Counted from the first letter of the stretch, positions 19,802 to 30,189 are shown. The stretch: 40,915 bases of DNA from Planctomycetota bacterium (GCA_012719085.1 JAAYBA010000147.1:1-40915), one strand, 5' to 3'. Notes: a model not told the origin generated them from the sequence alone. A program made the numbers and translations.

Positions 19802-21811
19802 CTATGGGGGCGATTTGACGTATCTGACGCTGGAAATCCGACCGTTCCATCGGCACAGCCAGGAATCAAAGAGCGTCATCTGCCCCGTCCGCTCCTGGTC
19901 GATGCGAAAGATCGTGTCTTTGCGCCACTGGACAATGTCCTCGGTCATCTCCTTGGCAACGTACTCGGGCAGTTCGAACCGCATCAGCTCCAGCGGATCG
20001 GTCTTCAGGCGAAAGTGCGAGACCCTGCCGTGCTCGGGATTGTATACGAACTTGTTCCCATCCTGAATGAACCCGGAGGGCCCCTGTTGCATCCAGCCGG
20101 CGAAGTAGACCTTGCGATCCCGCGGCAGCGGCCTGAGGGCGTTGTCGCCGTCAAAACCCAGCGGATCGACGTGGAATCCGAGAAGACTCAGAATCGTAGG
20201 GGCCAGATCGACGGAACTCACCGGGTACGTGACCCGCCGGCCCGCTTCGACCAGGAGGGGCGCCCGGATACACATGACGATGCGCAACACCTCGTCGTAT
20301 GCCACTCGGTCGTGGCCCTGAATCCGATGCTCGCTGAATGCCTCGCCGTGATCGCCAACCACACAGAAGATCGTGTTCTCGGCGACCCCGAGACGGGCCA
20401 GCTCGATGTCCAACGCCTGAAGAAAGCGATCGGTATAGGCGATCGTCTGTCTGTAGCCCTCGACGGGCGTTGCGGCCGGCGCGCCATACCAGGCCGGCAC
20501 CTCATAGGGATCGTGTGTCACCGAGCACATGACCGTCAGCAGGAATGGCGTATCGTCGGATTCGATCCAATCGCACATCGGTTCGAGCAGAGCGAACTCG
20601 TCGGCGCCCAGGTAGCCCACATGAGCGTTCGGATCGTTCAGGTCCTCCCGGGCAAAGAACTTCTGATACCCCAGATTGTGCACCAGTCCGGGCCGGGACT
20701 CGAACGTACCGGTCGCCGACTGGAAAAAGGCCGTCCGAAACCCCATCCCCCTTTCGAGGATGGTCGCCAGGCTGGCATAGGACTCCGACACAGGGACAGT
20801 CTCTCCGATATCCTGACACGCACCCGGACGTCGGCCCGCCAGCAAGGCAAACAACGCCTTGGTCGTGTGCGTCACCACCGAGCGCGCATTCGTGAACGAC
20901 ACGCCCTGAGACGCCAGCGTTGCCAAATAGGGGGTAGGATCGCACCGTTCGCCGTCGCTTTCGACCAGATTGGCCGCCAGGGAGGTGGCCCGATACTGGA
21001 TCCCTTCGAGGACGACGATCACGACGTTGTGATTGGTTCTATGCGGCTTGAGCGACACAGGAACCTCGCCGGCCAGCGGGATCCGGCGCGTGGCGTTGCT
21101 GAAATCGTCCTGGACCAGATGCCGATATTCGGGCAGAACGAACGACAAGACAGCGCGCGCATGACAGTTGAACCGCAGTCCGACCGCCGTGATCTGCGCC
21201 GAGCCGAGACGCGAGGCGGCCGCCGTGCCGATGATTGCCACGATGATCGCCACGAGAGAGAAGCCGATCTTCGTACGGAATGCCTTGGGATCGTAGCCGG
21301 GGGGCACCGGTCGCGCCAAGACAGAGAAGAAGAAGGCCAGAGCCACCGCGCTGGGCAACAGCAGCGCGACGGCCGAGCCGGGCATGCGAATCAGGTTCCG
21401 ACCGATGAGCCTGCCGATGTTGATCGGATCACGAATCAGTGACAACATCTGCATGGGCAGGATCTGGGTCCCCGTGCGGATCAGCCAGCCCGCGTTGATC
21501 ACCGACCAGGCACAGGCGATCGCCGCGACAATCATGGCGCCGCGCCAGACCGCCCTGCGGGGCCAGCGGTAACAAATCAGGGCCAGGACCACTTCGAGGC
21601 TCAGCAGCACCGCGATATCGGTCAGGATCCAACTGGGGTATTCGCGCAGCGGCCCGTAGCGAAGCGCATGATAGAACTTCACCGCCAGGCTGCAGAACAA
21701 CGCCGCGAAGACGATGACGCTCCACGCGCGCGGTGCGAGCAGACCGTAGAGCCTGCGAACAAACCCCGGCCGTTCGCACCGAGAATCGGACTGTCTATTC
21801 CGCCTGTTCAT
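19802..21811 (-). CDS. Membrane-bound sulfatase-like / LTA synthase (LtaS) family protein
   Basis: About 5 N-terminal TMs; NVVIVVLEG, VTHTTKAL, THDPY, VGDHGEAF, VSSVDLAPTIL. Confidence 0.85.
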   Translation of the reverse strand: MNRRNRQSDSRCERPGFVRRLYGLLAPRAWSVIVFAALFCSLAVKFYHALRYGPLREYPSWILTDIAVLLSLEVVLALICYRWPRRAVWRGAMIVAAIACAWSVINAGWLIRTGTQILPMQMLSLIRDPINIGRLIGRNLIRMPGSAVALLLPSAVALAFFFSVLARPVPPGYDPKAFRTKIGFSLVAIIVAIIGTAAASRLGSAQITAVGLRFNCHARAVLSFVLPEYRHLVQDDFSNATRRIPLAGEVPVSLKPHRTNHNVVIVVLEGIQYRATSLAANLVESDGERCDPTPYLATLASQGVSFTNARSVVTHTTKALFALLAGRRPGACQDIGETVPVSESYASLATILERGMGFRTAFFQSATGTFESRPGLVHNLGYQKFFAREDLNDPNAHVGYLGADEFALLEPMCDWIESDDTPFLLTVMCSVTHDPYEVPAWYGAPAATPVEGYRQTIAYTDRFLQALDIELARLGVAENTIFCVVGDHGEAFSEHRIQGHDRVAYDEVLRIVMCIRAPLLVEAGRRVTYPVSSVDLAPTILSLLGFHVDPLGFDGDNALRPLPRDRKVYFAGWMQQGPSGFIQDGNKFVYNPEHGRVSHFRLKTDPLELMRFELPEYVAKEMTEDIVQWRKDTIFRIDQERTGQMTLFDSWLCRWNGRISSVRYVKSPP

Positions 21812-21923
21812 GGGGCCACCATGCTATCCGAGCCGAACCGGCAAAGCAAGCGGCATGTGGTCGATCCTCCCGTAACGCGTCGAGACCGTTGGATTCGCCG
21901 GCGGATGCATGGCAGGCCGGGGA

Positions 21924-23234
21924 TCAGAAGCTGTAGCGAACGGCAAGATAGGCGTTGGTGTTGTTGTGAAACTGGTTGAAGAAGGTGTGGGTCTCGTCGC
22001 CGAAAAACACATTCCCGCCGATCTCGACGGCCAGATGGTCGCTGGCCTTGTAGTTGGCGATCGGCCGCATATAGACGTCCTCATCGGACGGCGAGTAATA
22101 CGTGAACAGCGATAGACTCAGGTTCTGGTTCATCAGCAGCTTGGTCAGACGCAACGTTGTGAGGTGGCGAAACTCATCGCGTTTGGGCATACCGGCGGGC
22201 TGGTTGTTCTCGTAGTCGTCGTAATCGAGCATCTGCTCGACGTAGTACTGAACGCCCGCGGTGAAATCCCTCGCGATTTCCTGCGTGTAGCCCACAAGGT
22301 ACCGCATCTCGGAATTGTTGATGAGGAAATCATCGCCGTCGCGGTCGTCGACCGAATCATAGTAGCCGATCTCGGCATTGCCGATGCCCTTGCCAACCGT
22401 ACCGCGAATGCTGGCGCCGTAGACGTACAGATCGGGAAAGACCGCGGCGGTCATTGCCTCATTGAACCCGCCCGGGCTCTTCCAGTAGCCCCAATACCCG
22501 TAGAGGGCCAGTTCGTAGTTACGGATGTTGCGGTACAGACGCAGAGCCAGTTCGTCCTCTTCGAGGAACTCCCGGCGGCGTTCGACGCTCATGGTGTTGT
22601 CCTCGCCGGCCCGGTCACCCAGCACGGGATTCCAGTAAGACAAACGCTCCCCGCTGATGAAGCGGTCGGAGTCGAACTCCGGCGTATAGGCAACGTCCAG
22701 GTTGGCCCAGTCCATGAAGAGACTGACCTTCACCGCATCTGACGGGGCCTTGAGGTACTCCGTGTCGCGACCGATGAAGAACGACTGCCAATCCTTGGGG
22801 AACAGATCGTTGATGAAGATCAAGTCGCCCGTCCCCCAGGTCAGAACCTGGCGACCCAGCTTGACGTCCATCGAGTCCGTCGGACGCATGAAGAGATTCG
22901 CCTCGCGCAGGTCGAAAACACCTTTCTCTTCAACGCCGTCGCCGTAGACGTCGCCCTTGACCTTGATATCGCCCCAGTCGCGCATGTGGAACAGGTCGAA
23001 CTGGTAGCGCGCCTCCATGATCGACATGTCCTTCTCATCCGGATCGTTCTGGAGCCGGTAGCCCGCCCGTGCCTCGTAGAACCCGTGGTACTCGGTGTCA
23101 AACCTCTCGAAGAACTCCCGAACCGGGTCCGATTTCACCTGTTCGTCCTGTGCGACAACGATCGCCGAGCAGGTCATCGCCAGCAGAACCACCGTCCTGA
23201 TGTGTATCGGGACGATACGCCGGAACACAATCAT
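21924..23234 (-). CDS. Putative outer-membrane beta-barrel protein
   Basis: Signal peptide; DLREANL, KLGRQVLTWGTGD; C-terminal AYLAVRYSF; start overlaps upstream stop (ATGA). Confidence 0.7.
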   Translation of the reverse strand: MIVFRRIVPIHIRTVVLLAMTCSAIVVAQDEQVKSDPVREFFERFDTEYHGFYEARAGYRLQNDPDEKDMSIMEARYQFDLFHMRDWGDIKVKGDVYGDGVEEKGVFDLREANLFMRPTDSMDVKLGRQVLTWGTGDLIFINDLFPKDWQSFFIGRDTEYLKAPSDAVKVSLFMDWANLDVAYTPEFDSDRFISGERLSYWNPVLGDRAGEDNTMSVERRREFLEEDELALRLYRNIRNYELALYGYWGYWKSPGGFNEAMTAAVFPDLYVYGASIRGTVGKGIGNAEIGYYDSVDDRDGDDFLINNSEMRYLVGYTQEIARDFTAGVQYYVEQMLDYDDYENNQPAGMPKRDEFRHLTTLRLTKLLMNQNLSLSLFTYYSPSDEDVYMRPIANYKASDHLAVEIGGNVFFGDETHTFFNQFHNNTNAYLAVRYSF

Positions 23235-24046
23235 CTCATGGCCTCCCTGGGGGGTCTGCGAAGGTACCGTTCCTCAAAGATATCCCCGATACCGACGTTG
23301 TACTGGACGTTCGTAAATTCCATCTCCGTTTGCCCACCCGTCTTGAGGTCCTTGACGACCGACCTGGTCACCGTGGGAAGGTCCTGGATCACCTTGACGT
23401 CCTTCGACTCGATGACGCGATAGAGCTGGCCCTGCTTGTCGTAGAAATCCATCTTCGTCGGGACGTAGGTCTTGCGATCGATCGCCACGGTGTAGTAACT
23501 GAATTCGACCTCTTCGGGTTTCTTCGGAACGTTCTTGACGATGAACATGGCATCGGTCGTCTCAATCAGTTCGTGCGTGTCCTGGTCGAGGCCGCGACCG
23601 GAAACGTCTTCATAGACGAAGTCGGAACCGACGAAGCTGGTCCGCTTGTCGCTGGCCGCCACCCGCTTGACCAGATCGAGTGCCGGCAGATACAGCCAGC
23701 GGTCGTCGTCCTTGCCCTCGCCCACATGCTTCTTGACCATGTACACCATCCGCCGCACATCGGACGGACGCTGGAAGTACACGAAGTAATTCTGGTCGCC
23801 GCCGTCCACAACGTCCTTGCGCAGGATGATGAACTCCCGCTCGCGGGTCTGACCTGCCTTGCTGGTGATGGTCATCTTGACCGTGGCCTTGCCGTCGTCG
23901 CCCTGGTAGTAAGCAACGATGTTGGCTCTGGTCACGATCGTCTGAACGTCGGGTGCGTCGCCCTCGGCGGCCCTGGCGACACCAGCAACGGTCAGACTGA
24001 AAACGGCACATACCAGCAGTACGGCCGAGCTTTCTTTTCGCAGCAT
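23231..24046 (-). CDS. Outer-membrane lipoprotein-sorting (LolA-like) periplasmic protein
   Basis: GGAGG SD; signal peptide; FQRPSDVR, DDDRWLYLPALDLVKRVAASDKRTSFVGSDFVYED. Confidence 0.85.
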   Translation of the reverse strand: MLRKESSAVLLVCAVFSLTVAGVARAAEGDAPDVQTIVTRANIVAYYQGDDGKATVKMTITSKAGQTREREFIILRKDVVDGGDQNYFVYFQRPSDVRRMVYMVKKHVGEGKDDDRWLYLPALDLVKRVAASDKRTSFVGSDFVYEDVSGRGLDQDTHELIETTDAMFIVKNVPKKPEEVEFSYYTVAIDRKTYVPTKMDFYDKQGQLYRVIESKDVKVIQDLPTVTRSVVKDLKTGGQTEMEFTNVQYNVGIGDIFEERYLRRPPREAMR

Positions 24047-24069
24047 GGTACACCTCCGTCTTGTCAATA

Positions 24070-24258
24070 TCAGCCTTTGACACCCAGTTTCCGCAGGAAC
24101 GTCATCATCGGGCACCAGTTGGTGAACGCGGACTGAAACAGGTTCAAACCGACGAAACCCGTGAACAACAACCAATAAGACGAATGGTAATGCGCCAGCA
24201 GGGCGCTGACAATCACGAAGAAGCCGGCAATGCCTCGGAGCATCGTGTCCACCGTCAT
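24070..24258 (-). CDS. DUF2892 (YgaP-like) small membrane protein
   Basis: LRGIAG...WLLFTGFVGLNLFQSAFTNWCPM..LRKLGV. Confidence 0.85.
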   Translation of the reverse strand: MTVDTMLRGIAGFFVIVSALLAHYHSSYWLLFTGFVGLNLFQSAFTNWCPMMTFLRKLGVKG

Positions 24259-27125
24259 AGATCACCTCTCTTCTCTTCGGCCTGACCTGGCTGGTCCTGC
24301 CGTGCCTGGGCCACGCGACAGGCCTGCCGGCGCGACATGATCCCGCAGGTCAGCGCCATCAAGGGGATGACAACAAGCCCGAATACGGCCAGGTAGCCCA
24401 GGCTCATATTCCAGTTCTGGTGCAGGTTCAACGCCACCAACACAACGGCCGCCACAGAGACGATCATGCAGAAGCCGCAATTGCAGCCGGCCGACTGCGG
24501 CATCCTGGCAGGTCGCAGCAGCCGATTCTCCGCCACGGTCAGGATGGCTGGCAACACCAGCAGGGTCACGGCGCCCGACAGGGCCATGATCGCACAGAGG
24601 AAGATACCGACCGTCTTGTAGGGAACCAGCGGCGCCGCCAGCAGCGGCAGGAAACCGATGGCAATCACCAGTACATTGCGGCTGATCGCCCGGGCCGGCT
24701 CGCCAAACATCTCGGCGACACTGGCCTTCCATGAACCGGTCAGGGCGTACGTCGACCGCGCCCGTTCAAGGAAGTGGATCGCGAAATCGACCGCCATGCC
24801 CAGTGTCAGCGCGCTGAGCACCGCGACCGGCATATCGTAGTCTTTGCCGACCAGGCCGATAATCCCGTAGATGACCGCGATGGTGATCGACAGCGGGATC
24901 ATGCAGATCAAACCCCACAGGGGCGAACGGAACAGGATCGCCATCATGATGAACACGATGATGAAGCTGCCCAGCAGCGATTGGAGCATGCCCCAGACCA
25001 TCTTGTTCTGCCAGATGATGTTGATATAGGTCAGTCCGGCCCACTGGTGTTCGAACGGCATCGGCGCCGTCGTCTCGGCGAAAAACTCCTCCACCGCCTG
25101 GACGACCTGCTCCATGTCCTTGTTGTCACCGCTCTTGAGCTGAAGCCAGAGGTTGGCCCTGTCATGGTCGTTCGTGACGAAATGCCACAGATCGTCGGGC
25201 GTATGGCTGCTCTGGAACTGGATGAGGCATTCGGCTACCGCGGCGCCGGAGTCGGGAATCCTGTAGTTCTCGGGCTTGCCGTCGATCAGCTCCTGGTGCA
25301 CCTTCTTGACGATGCCCGCGATCGAGTTGGTCTTGCCGACCAGCCCCGTTTCCTCCAGGTATTCCTCCAGTTGCGCGATGTAGCGAAGCGCCTCGGGCTG
25401 CTTGAAGACCTTAAGACGCTCCTTTTCGAGATCGAAGAAGTCGCTCAACTCGAACCAGACGTCGGCGGCCTCCTCGGACGCCGAGGCCTCCTTTTCCTGA
25501 GCGTAGCTGTTCAGTTTGTCGAGCAGAGCGACCTTGGTCAGGCCCGTCGACGCTTCGGCAAGGAGGGCCTTCTCCGCCTCGGCGACCACCCTCGTCGCGG
25601 CGGGCACATCGGGCGACAGGTCTTCGGCCTTTTTCACAAGCCGATCGCGCAGACCGTGAAGGTATTCGGTGCTCACGTTGGGATCGCTCGCATCGGAGAG
25701 GACCAGATAGGCCATGTAGGTCCCGGAGAAGTGCCGGTTCAACTCGACGTCGGCCACACGAATCGGATGGCTTCGGGCGAACCACTTGATCGGGTTGTCG
25801 TTGATTTGGATCCGGGCCACGCCATAGACCGCCACCGCCGCGACGATGACGATCGCCACCAGAATGGGCTTCGCGGCGGTGTAGGTGAGCCGGCCTGTGG
25901 CATGGAGCACATGGGTCAGCCAGGTCTGCTTCTCCTCGTGTACGGCGGCGGCGCCGAAGTTCTCCAGGGAGCGATCTTTGAGGAACATGACATAAGCCGG
26001 AACGAACGTCACCGTACAGATCCAGGCCACCATGATGCCCGAGGCGACGAAAATCCCGAAGACCTGGACCGGCGGGATTGGCGTCAGCGCCAGTGACGCA
26101 AAGCCGGCCGCCGAGGTCAACGAGGTGTACAGCATCGGCATGAACAGATTGTCCATCACCTCGAGCATCGTCTGACGCCGGCCCTTGCCCTTGGTGTACC
26201 GGTCGAAAAACTCCGAGAGAATGTGCACCGAATCGACGACCGCGATCGGCATCAGGAAGATCGGAATCATCGAACTCATGATGTGGACCGGATAGCCCAG
26301 ACCGATCAATGCCCCCATCGTCGTGATGACCGCGACCATCGCCACGATCATCGGCGAGATCACCAGCACCAGCTTGCGGAAGAACGCGAGCATCAGGAGG
26401 AAGATCACCAGCATCGCCAGCGGCGCCGAGATCGCCATCTGCACGAACATCTCGTATCCGAACGTGTCTTCCGCCACGGGTAGACCCGTGATGTGATACT
26501 CCTCGTCGCCTTGGAACTCGGCGATCTTCGCATTCAGCGCACGATACACTCTGTGGCTCAGGTCCTTATGGGTCAAGGGCAGGTACAGACTGATCGCCTT
26601 GCCGTCGTCGGAGACGACGGTGCCCTTGAGCAGGGGATTGGACATGGCCTTGTCGCGAATCGCCAGCGCCTCGGCGTCGGTCTCCGGAGGCCGGGGCATC
26701 AGCCACTCGAACGTCACGACGCCGGGACCGCCCTGGCCGATGTGGTCGACCGTGGACGGCGCGAGCAGATCGACTTCGATCACGCCGATCTGGCGGTTCG
26801 GGTCTTCCTTGTCGGGCCAGCGCAGGGTTTTGGCATACTCGGTCAGATCGTAGATGTTGCGCAATGAGGCGGGATCGAACACGCCGTCAGGATGGGCGTC
26901 GTTGACGACACCGACGACGACCATATCGGACAGGACGAACTGCTCTTTGGTCCGGTCGTGGAAAAGCCGCACCGGCTCGTCTGCCGCGAGCATGTTCTCC
27001 GGATCGGTATCCACCTGAATGCGCGGGATCAGCGCGCCCAAGGCCAGAGTGAAGACAACCATCACCACCGTGACCAGTTTGTAGTGGCTCAGTGAGTAAT
27101 CTGTGATCTTGTGTCTCATTTCCAT
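24255..27125 (-). CDS. MMPL/RND-family transporter
   Basis: VDTDPENML, TGLPVAEDTFG, AVVDSVHIL, YTSLTSAAGF, GMAVDFAIHF; two TM bundles. Confidence 0.9.
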   Translation of the reverse strand: MEMRHKITDYSLSHYKLVTVVMVVFTLALGALIPRIQVDTDPENMLAADEPVRLFHDRTKEQFVLSDMVVVGVVNDAHPDGVFDPASLRNIYDLTEYAKTLRWPDKEDPNRQIGVIEVDLLAPSTVDHIGQGGPGVVTFEWLMPRPPETDAEALAIRDKAMSNPLLKGTVVSDDGKAISLYLPLTHKDLSHRVYRALNAKIAEFQGDEEYHITGLPVAEDTFGYEMFVQMAISAPLAMLVIFLLMLAFFRKLVLVISPMIVAMVAVITTMGALIGLGYPVHIMSSMIPIFLMPIAVVDSVHILSEFFDRYTKGKGRRQTMLEVMDNLFMPMLYTSLTSAAGFASLALTPIPPVQVFGIFVASGIMVAWICTVTFVPAYVMFLKDRSLENFGAAAVHEEKQTWLTHVLHATGRLTYTAAKPILVAIVIVAAVAVYGVARIQINDNPIKWFARSHPIRVADVELNRHFSGTYMAYLVLSDASDPNVSTEYLHGLRDRLVKKAEDLSPDVPAATRVVAEAEKALLAEASTGLTKVALLDKLNSYAQEKEASASEEAADVWFELSDFFDLEKERLKVFKQPEALRYIAQLEEYLEETGLVGKTNSIAGIVKKVHQELIDGKPENYRIPDSGAAVAECLIQFQSSHTPDDLWHFVTNDHDRANLWLQLKSGDNKDMEQVVQAVEEFFAETTAPMPFEHQWAGLTYINIIWQNKMVWGMLQSLLGSFIIVFIMMAILFRSPLWGLICMIPLSITIAVIYGIIGLVGKDYDMPVAVLSALTLGMAVDFAIHFLERARSTYALTGSWKASVAEMFGEPARAISRNVLVIAIGFLPLLAAPLVPYKTVGIFLCAIMALSGAVTLLVLPAILTVAENRLLRPARMPQSAGCNCGFCMIVSVAAVVLVALNLHQNWNMSLGYLAVFGLVVIPLMALTCGIMSRRQACRVAQARQDQPGQAEEKRGDL

Positions 27126-27247
27126 ACGAATGGCCCAATCCTCGTGCCGCCGCGCGGCCGACCTGTCAGTTCAGGATTCCACACGTTCGTCGCCTTCGCC
27201 AACCGTTGTCATACCTCGCCCCATCTCACAGCGCCATCCGCTTCGGT

Positions 27248-27547
27248 TTATCTTCGCCCCTTGCCCTTCTTGCGGCAGTGGTTGTGGACGCATCCGAGCA
27301 CGCGGATCGCGTTCTCATTCTCGATCCAGTAAAAGACCCGTGCCCCTTCCCGGCGAGACTTCAGAATGCCTTTGTCCTTCATGATATTGAGCTGCTGGCT
27401 CGTGATCGCCTGTTTCTCCCCAACGGCCTCGGCGATCTCTCCTACGGACCGCTCGCCCCCTTCCAGCGCCTCGACGACCTGGAGCCGGATCGGATGGGCC
27501 AGCGCCTTGAGCACTTCGGCCGCATGGCTTGCCAGTTTCTTGTCCAT
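27248..27547 (-). CDS. ArsR/SmtB family transcriptional regulator
   Basis: LKALAHPIRLQVV, SVGEIA, SQQLNIMKDKGIL, RREG..VFY; C-terminal CVHNHC. Confidence 0.9.
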   Translation of the reverse strand: MDKKLASHAAEVLKALAHPIRLQVVEALEGGERSVGEIAEAVGEKQAITSQQLNIMKDKGILKSRREGARVFYWIENENAIRVLGCVHNHCRKKGKGRR

Positions 27548-27577
27548 GCACAAACCCCGAATGAATCTGCGTATCGA

Positions 27578-27606
27578 GATATAACGATATTACTATATGC
27601 AGTCAA
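27578..27606 (-). promoter_or_regulatory. Promoter with overlapping ArsR-type palindromic operator
   Basis: TTGACT-17 nt-TATATC; ATATA-N10-TATAT inverted repeat across the spacer and -10. Confidence 0.6.
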
Positions 27607-27760
27607 CCGGGTTCGGACAAACGAGGAAATTCCTTGAATCTTCTTCGGGGAAGTCACCAATAACCAAGGCGGTGGTTGCCCCCTCCCCCGGACTGCGAAG
27701 GGGCAAGAGGTGGTCGGGCGTCTTGTCGGCACACTCAGCGCGATGGGCGAAAGGGCACCC

Positions 27761-28588
27761 TCAGTCGCGGTCCGGCCCGGCGTCCGGGAGCTTCTCCCAG
27801 GGCCTTCCTCGTAGTGCCCTGTCGAGGCCTTGAGCCTCCACGGTGAAGAACTCGTCGAAACTGGGCAACCGCAGATTGAGGAGTTGCTTGATCGTGTCCA
27901 GCGTCTCGGGGCTGTAGCACGAGACCTCGATCGCCATCGTCCGGACAGCCTCATCCAGTTCGGACGGCGCGACGACGTCTTCGAGCAGACCCCACTCGAG
28001 TGCAGCAGACGCGGAGGTTTCCGTGCTCCGGCTCACCAGCGAATTGGCCCGGCCCAGTCCAACATAGGCAGGCAGCAAGTAGAGCAATCCTCCGCCCGGC
28101 GGCATGTCCAACTCGCGCCCCTGATTGTGGAAGATCGTGTCGGCCGAGGCGATCCGGTAGTCGCAGGCCAGCCCGATCCCCAGGAATGGCAAGATCACAT
28201 CGCCCTGAAAGACCATGATCACCGGCCGCTTCACCGACCGCAACCAGCGAATCAGCCCGCCGAACACGTTTTCCTCGCGCGCCATGATGAACCCGGCCAG
28301 CGGGCTCGAGAAGACATTGCGCCCCTTGCGCGCGCTATCCAGATCGCCCAGGCTCTTCAAGAAGGCGCCGCATCGCTCCGGCGAGAAGCAGCGTCTTGAC
28401 GCCCGGAAAACCAGGGGCTTGCCCTGTCGATGCGCCAAGCCCTTCAGGAGTTCGCGGAAGCTCTCGATGGCATGAGGCGCATCGGCCACGCCCAGCAGAT
28501 CATCACCGAATCGCACTACGTCTGCCCATTCGAATCGCTCCACGGACAGAAAGGGCTCCAAGATCGACAATCCGGTTTCGTCCAACAT
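27761..28588 (-). CDS. Enoyl-CoA hydratase/isomerase (crotonase) fold protein with atypical active site
   Basis: RPVIMVFQG, LACDYRIAS, PGGGLLYLLPAYVGLGRA, ALEWGLLEDVV; AGGAGG SD before ATG 28588. Confidence 0.8.
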   Translation of the reverse strand: MLDETGLSILEPFLSVERFEWADVVRFGDDLLGVADAPHAIESFRELLKGLAHRQGKPLVFRASRRCFSPERCGAFLKSLGDLDSARKGRNVFSSPLAGFIMAREENVFGGLIRWLRSVKRPVIMVFQGDVILPFLGIGLACDYRIASADTIFHNQGRELDMPPGGGLLYLLPAYVGLGRANSLVSRSTETSASAALEWGLLEDVVAPSELDEAVRTMAIEVSCYSPETLDTIKQLLNLRLPSFDEFFTVEAQGLDRALRGRPWEKLPDAGPDRD

Positions 28589-28729
28589 GATCGTCCTCCT
28601 TCTGCGCTGCAACTGTTCGTGGAACCAATCGGAGCGAATCGCTCCGACCGACTTTAGCAAGACTCCCAATCAGGATATCGCATACACTCGGCCAGCCAAC
28701 CCTTCTCCCGGAAGGGTACCGGGCCACGC

Positions 28730-30163
28730 TCAGGGCTCAGAGGTCCCGTCGGGCACATCGCCCCCACCCCCCAAGGTGGCATAGAGCCTGACATGATTGG
28801 CGAGCTTCGTCAAATGCCGATAGACCAATGCCTGTTGCGCCGCATAGAGAGATCGCTGCGCATCGAGAACGCTGAGGTAGTTGTCGAGTCCCCGTTCATA
28901 ACGAGCGAAGGACAAGCGGTAGGTTTCCTCGGCGGCATGGACCAGGGACTGTTGCGCCGCGATCTGGCGGTCCACAGTTCCGCGGACAGCCAGCGCATCG
29001 GCCACCTCCTGGAAAGCAATCTGAATGGCCTTCTCATACTCCACCAGGGCCATTTCGCGTTGCACCTTGGTGACCTCATACGCCGACCAGGTACGGGCAT
29101 CGAAGATCGGCATCACCGCCTGCCCGGCATAGCTCCACGTGCCCGAGCCGGACTTGAACAGACCGGACAGCTCGTCGCTGGCCGTCCCGAGTGTGGTAGT
29201 CAGGCTAATACGGGGGAAGAACGCGGCTCGGGCGGCGCCGATATTGGCGTACGCCGCTCGAAGCTGATGCTCGGCGGCGATGATGTCGGGCCGGCCCAGG
29301 AGCGAGTCGGAGGGCAGCCCGGGCGAGAGGTCCCTGAGGGCGCGAATGCTTGCCAGTTCAGACGGCAAGAAATCCTCCGACACGGCACAGCCAACCAGCA
29401 GGTTCAAGGCGTTCTGATCCTGCGCCACCCGTTGTGTGTAATAGGCGACGTCTCCGCGCGCCGTGTCCATGGGTATTTGGGCCCGGCGCAGGTCCAACTC
29501 GGTTGCGACGCCGATCTCGTATTGCCGCTTCACCAATCCATAGGTCGCCTCCTGGACCTGTAAGGTCTCTTCCGCCAGGGCCAGGGCGTCGCGGTCAGCG
29601 GCCAGGGCCAGATAGCCGTTGGCCACCGAGGAGATCAACATAACCTGTGCGCTGCGGCGGCCCTGTTCCGTGGCCAGATATTCCTGTAATGCCCGATCCT
29701 TCAGACTGTGCAGGCGGCCGAAGAAGTCGATCTCCCAGGAGAGAATGCCGAGACTGACACTGTATTGCTCCGTGGTCCGGGGCTGTCCGGGTGGGGTCAG
29801 ATCGGCCGATGCACGTTGCTCGCCGCCGCCGGCCGTCGCATAAAGGCTTGGATAGAGTTCCTGACGCTGGATCCCGTACAGGGATCGCGCCAGCTCGACA
29901 TTCAGGGCCGCCAACCGAAGATCATGGTTGTTCTCCAGGGCCGTCTCGATGACCTGGTGCAGCTTGGGGTCGGTGAAGAACTCCCGCCATGGAAGTTCCG
30001 ACGCGACCGGCGCATCGGCCATGACGGGGTCCTCCGCATAGGCCTGGCCCGTCGGCCAGTCGACAGGAATGGGAGGTTCGGGCCGCATGTACTTTGGGGC
30101 CATCCGGCACCCGGCGACACAGATGACGATTCCGATCAGTGATAGAAGGATACGCGTTTTCAT
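28730..30163 (-). CDS. Efflux outer-membrane factor lipoprotein (OprM/NodT family)
   Basis: Lipobox VAGC; WREFFTDPKL, ALENNHDL, SWEIDFFGR, RPDIIAAE, IGAARAAFFPRISL, LYATLGGG. Confidence 0.93.
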   Translation of the reverse strand: MKTRILLSLIGIVICVAGCRMAPKYMRPEPPIPVDWPTGQAYAEDPVMADAPVASELPWREFFTDPKLHQVIETALENNHDLRLAALNVELARSLYGIQRQELYPSLYATAGGGEQRASADLTPPGQPRTTEQYSVSLGILSWEIDFFGRLHSLKDRALQEYLATEQGRRSAQVMLISSVANGYLALAADRDALALAEETLQVQEATYGLVKRQYEIGVATELDLRRAQIPMDTARGDVAYYTQRVAQDQNALNLLVGCAVSEDFLPSELASIRALRDLSPGLPSDSLLGRPDIIAAEHQLRAAYANIGAARAAFFPRISLTTTLGTASDELSGLFKSGSGTWSYAGQAVMPIFDARTWSAYEVTKVQREMALVEYEKAIQIAFQEVADALAVRGTVDRQIAAQQSLVHAAEETYRLSFARYERGLDNYLSVLDAQRSLYAAQQALVYRHLTKLANHVRLYATLGGGGDVPDGTSEP

Positions 30164-30189
30164 TTGGATTCGTTCCCCGATGCGATTGG

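Noticed and set aside
19607-21442. 611-aa plus-strand ORF and similar antisense ORFs over the MMPL, efflux and wzx/glf genes
   Set aside because: Shadow ORFs opposite well-supported genes
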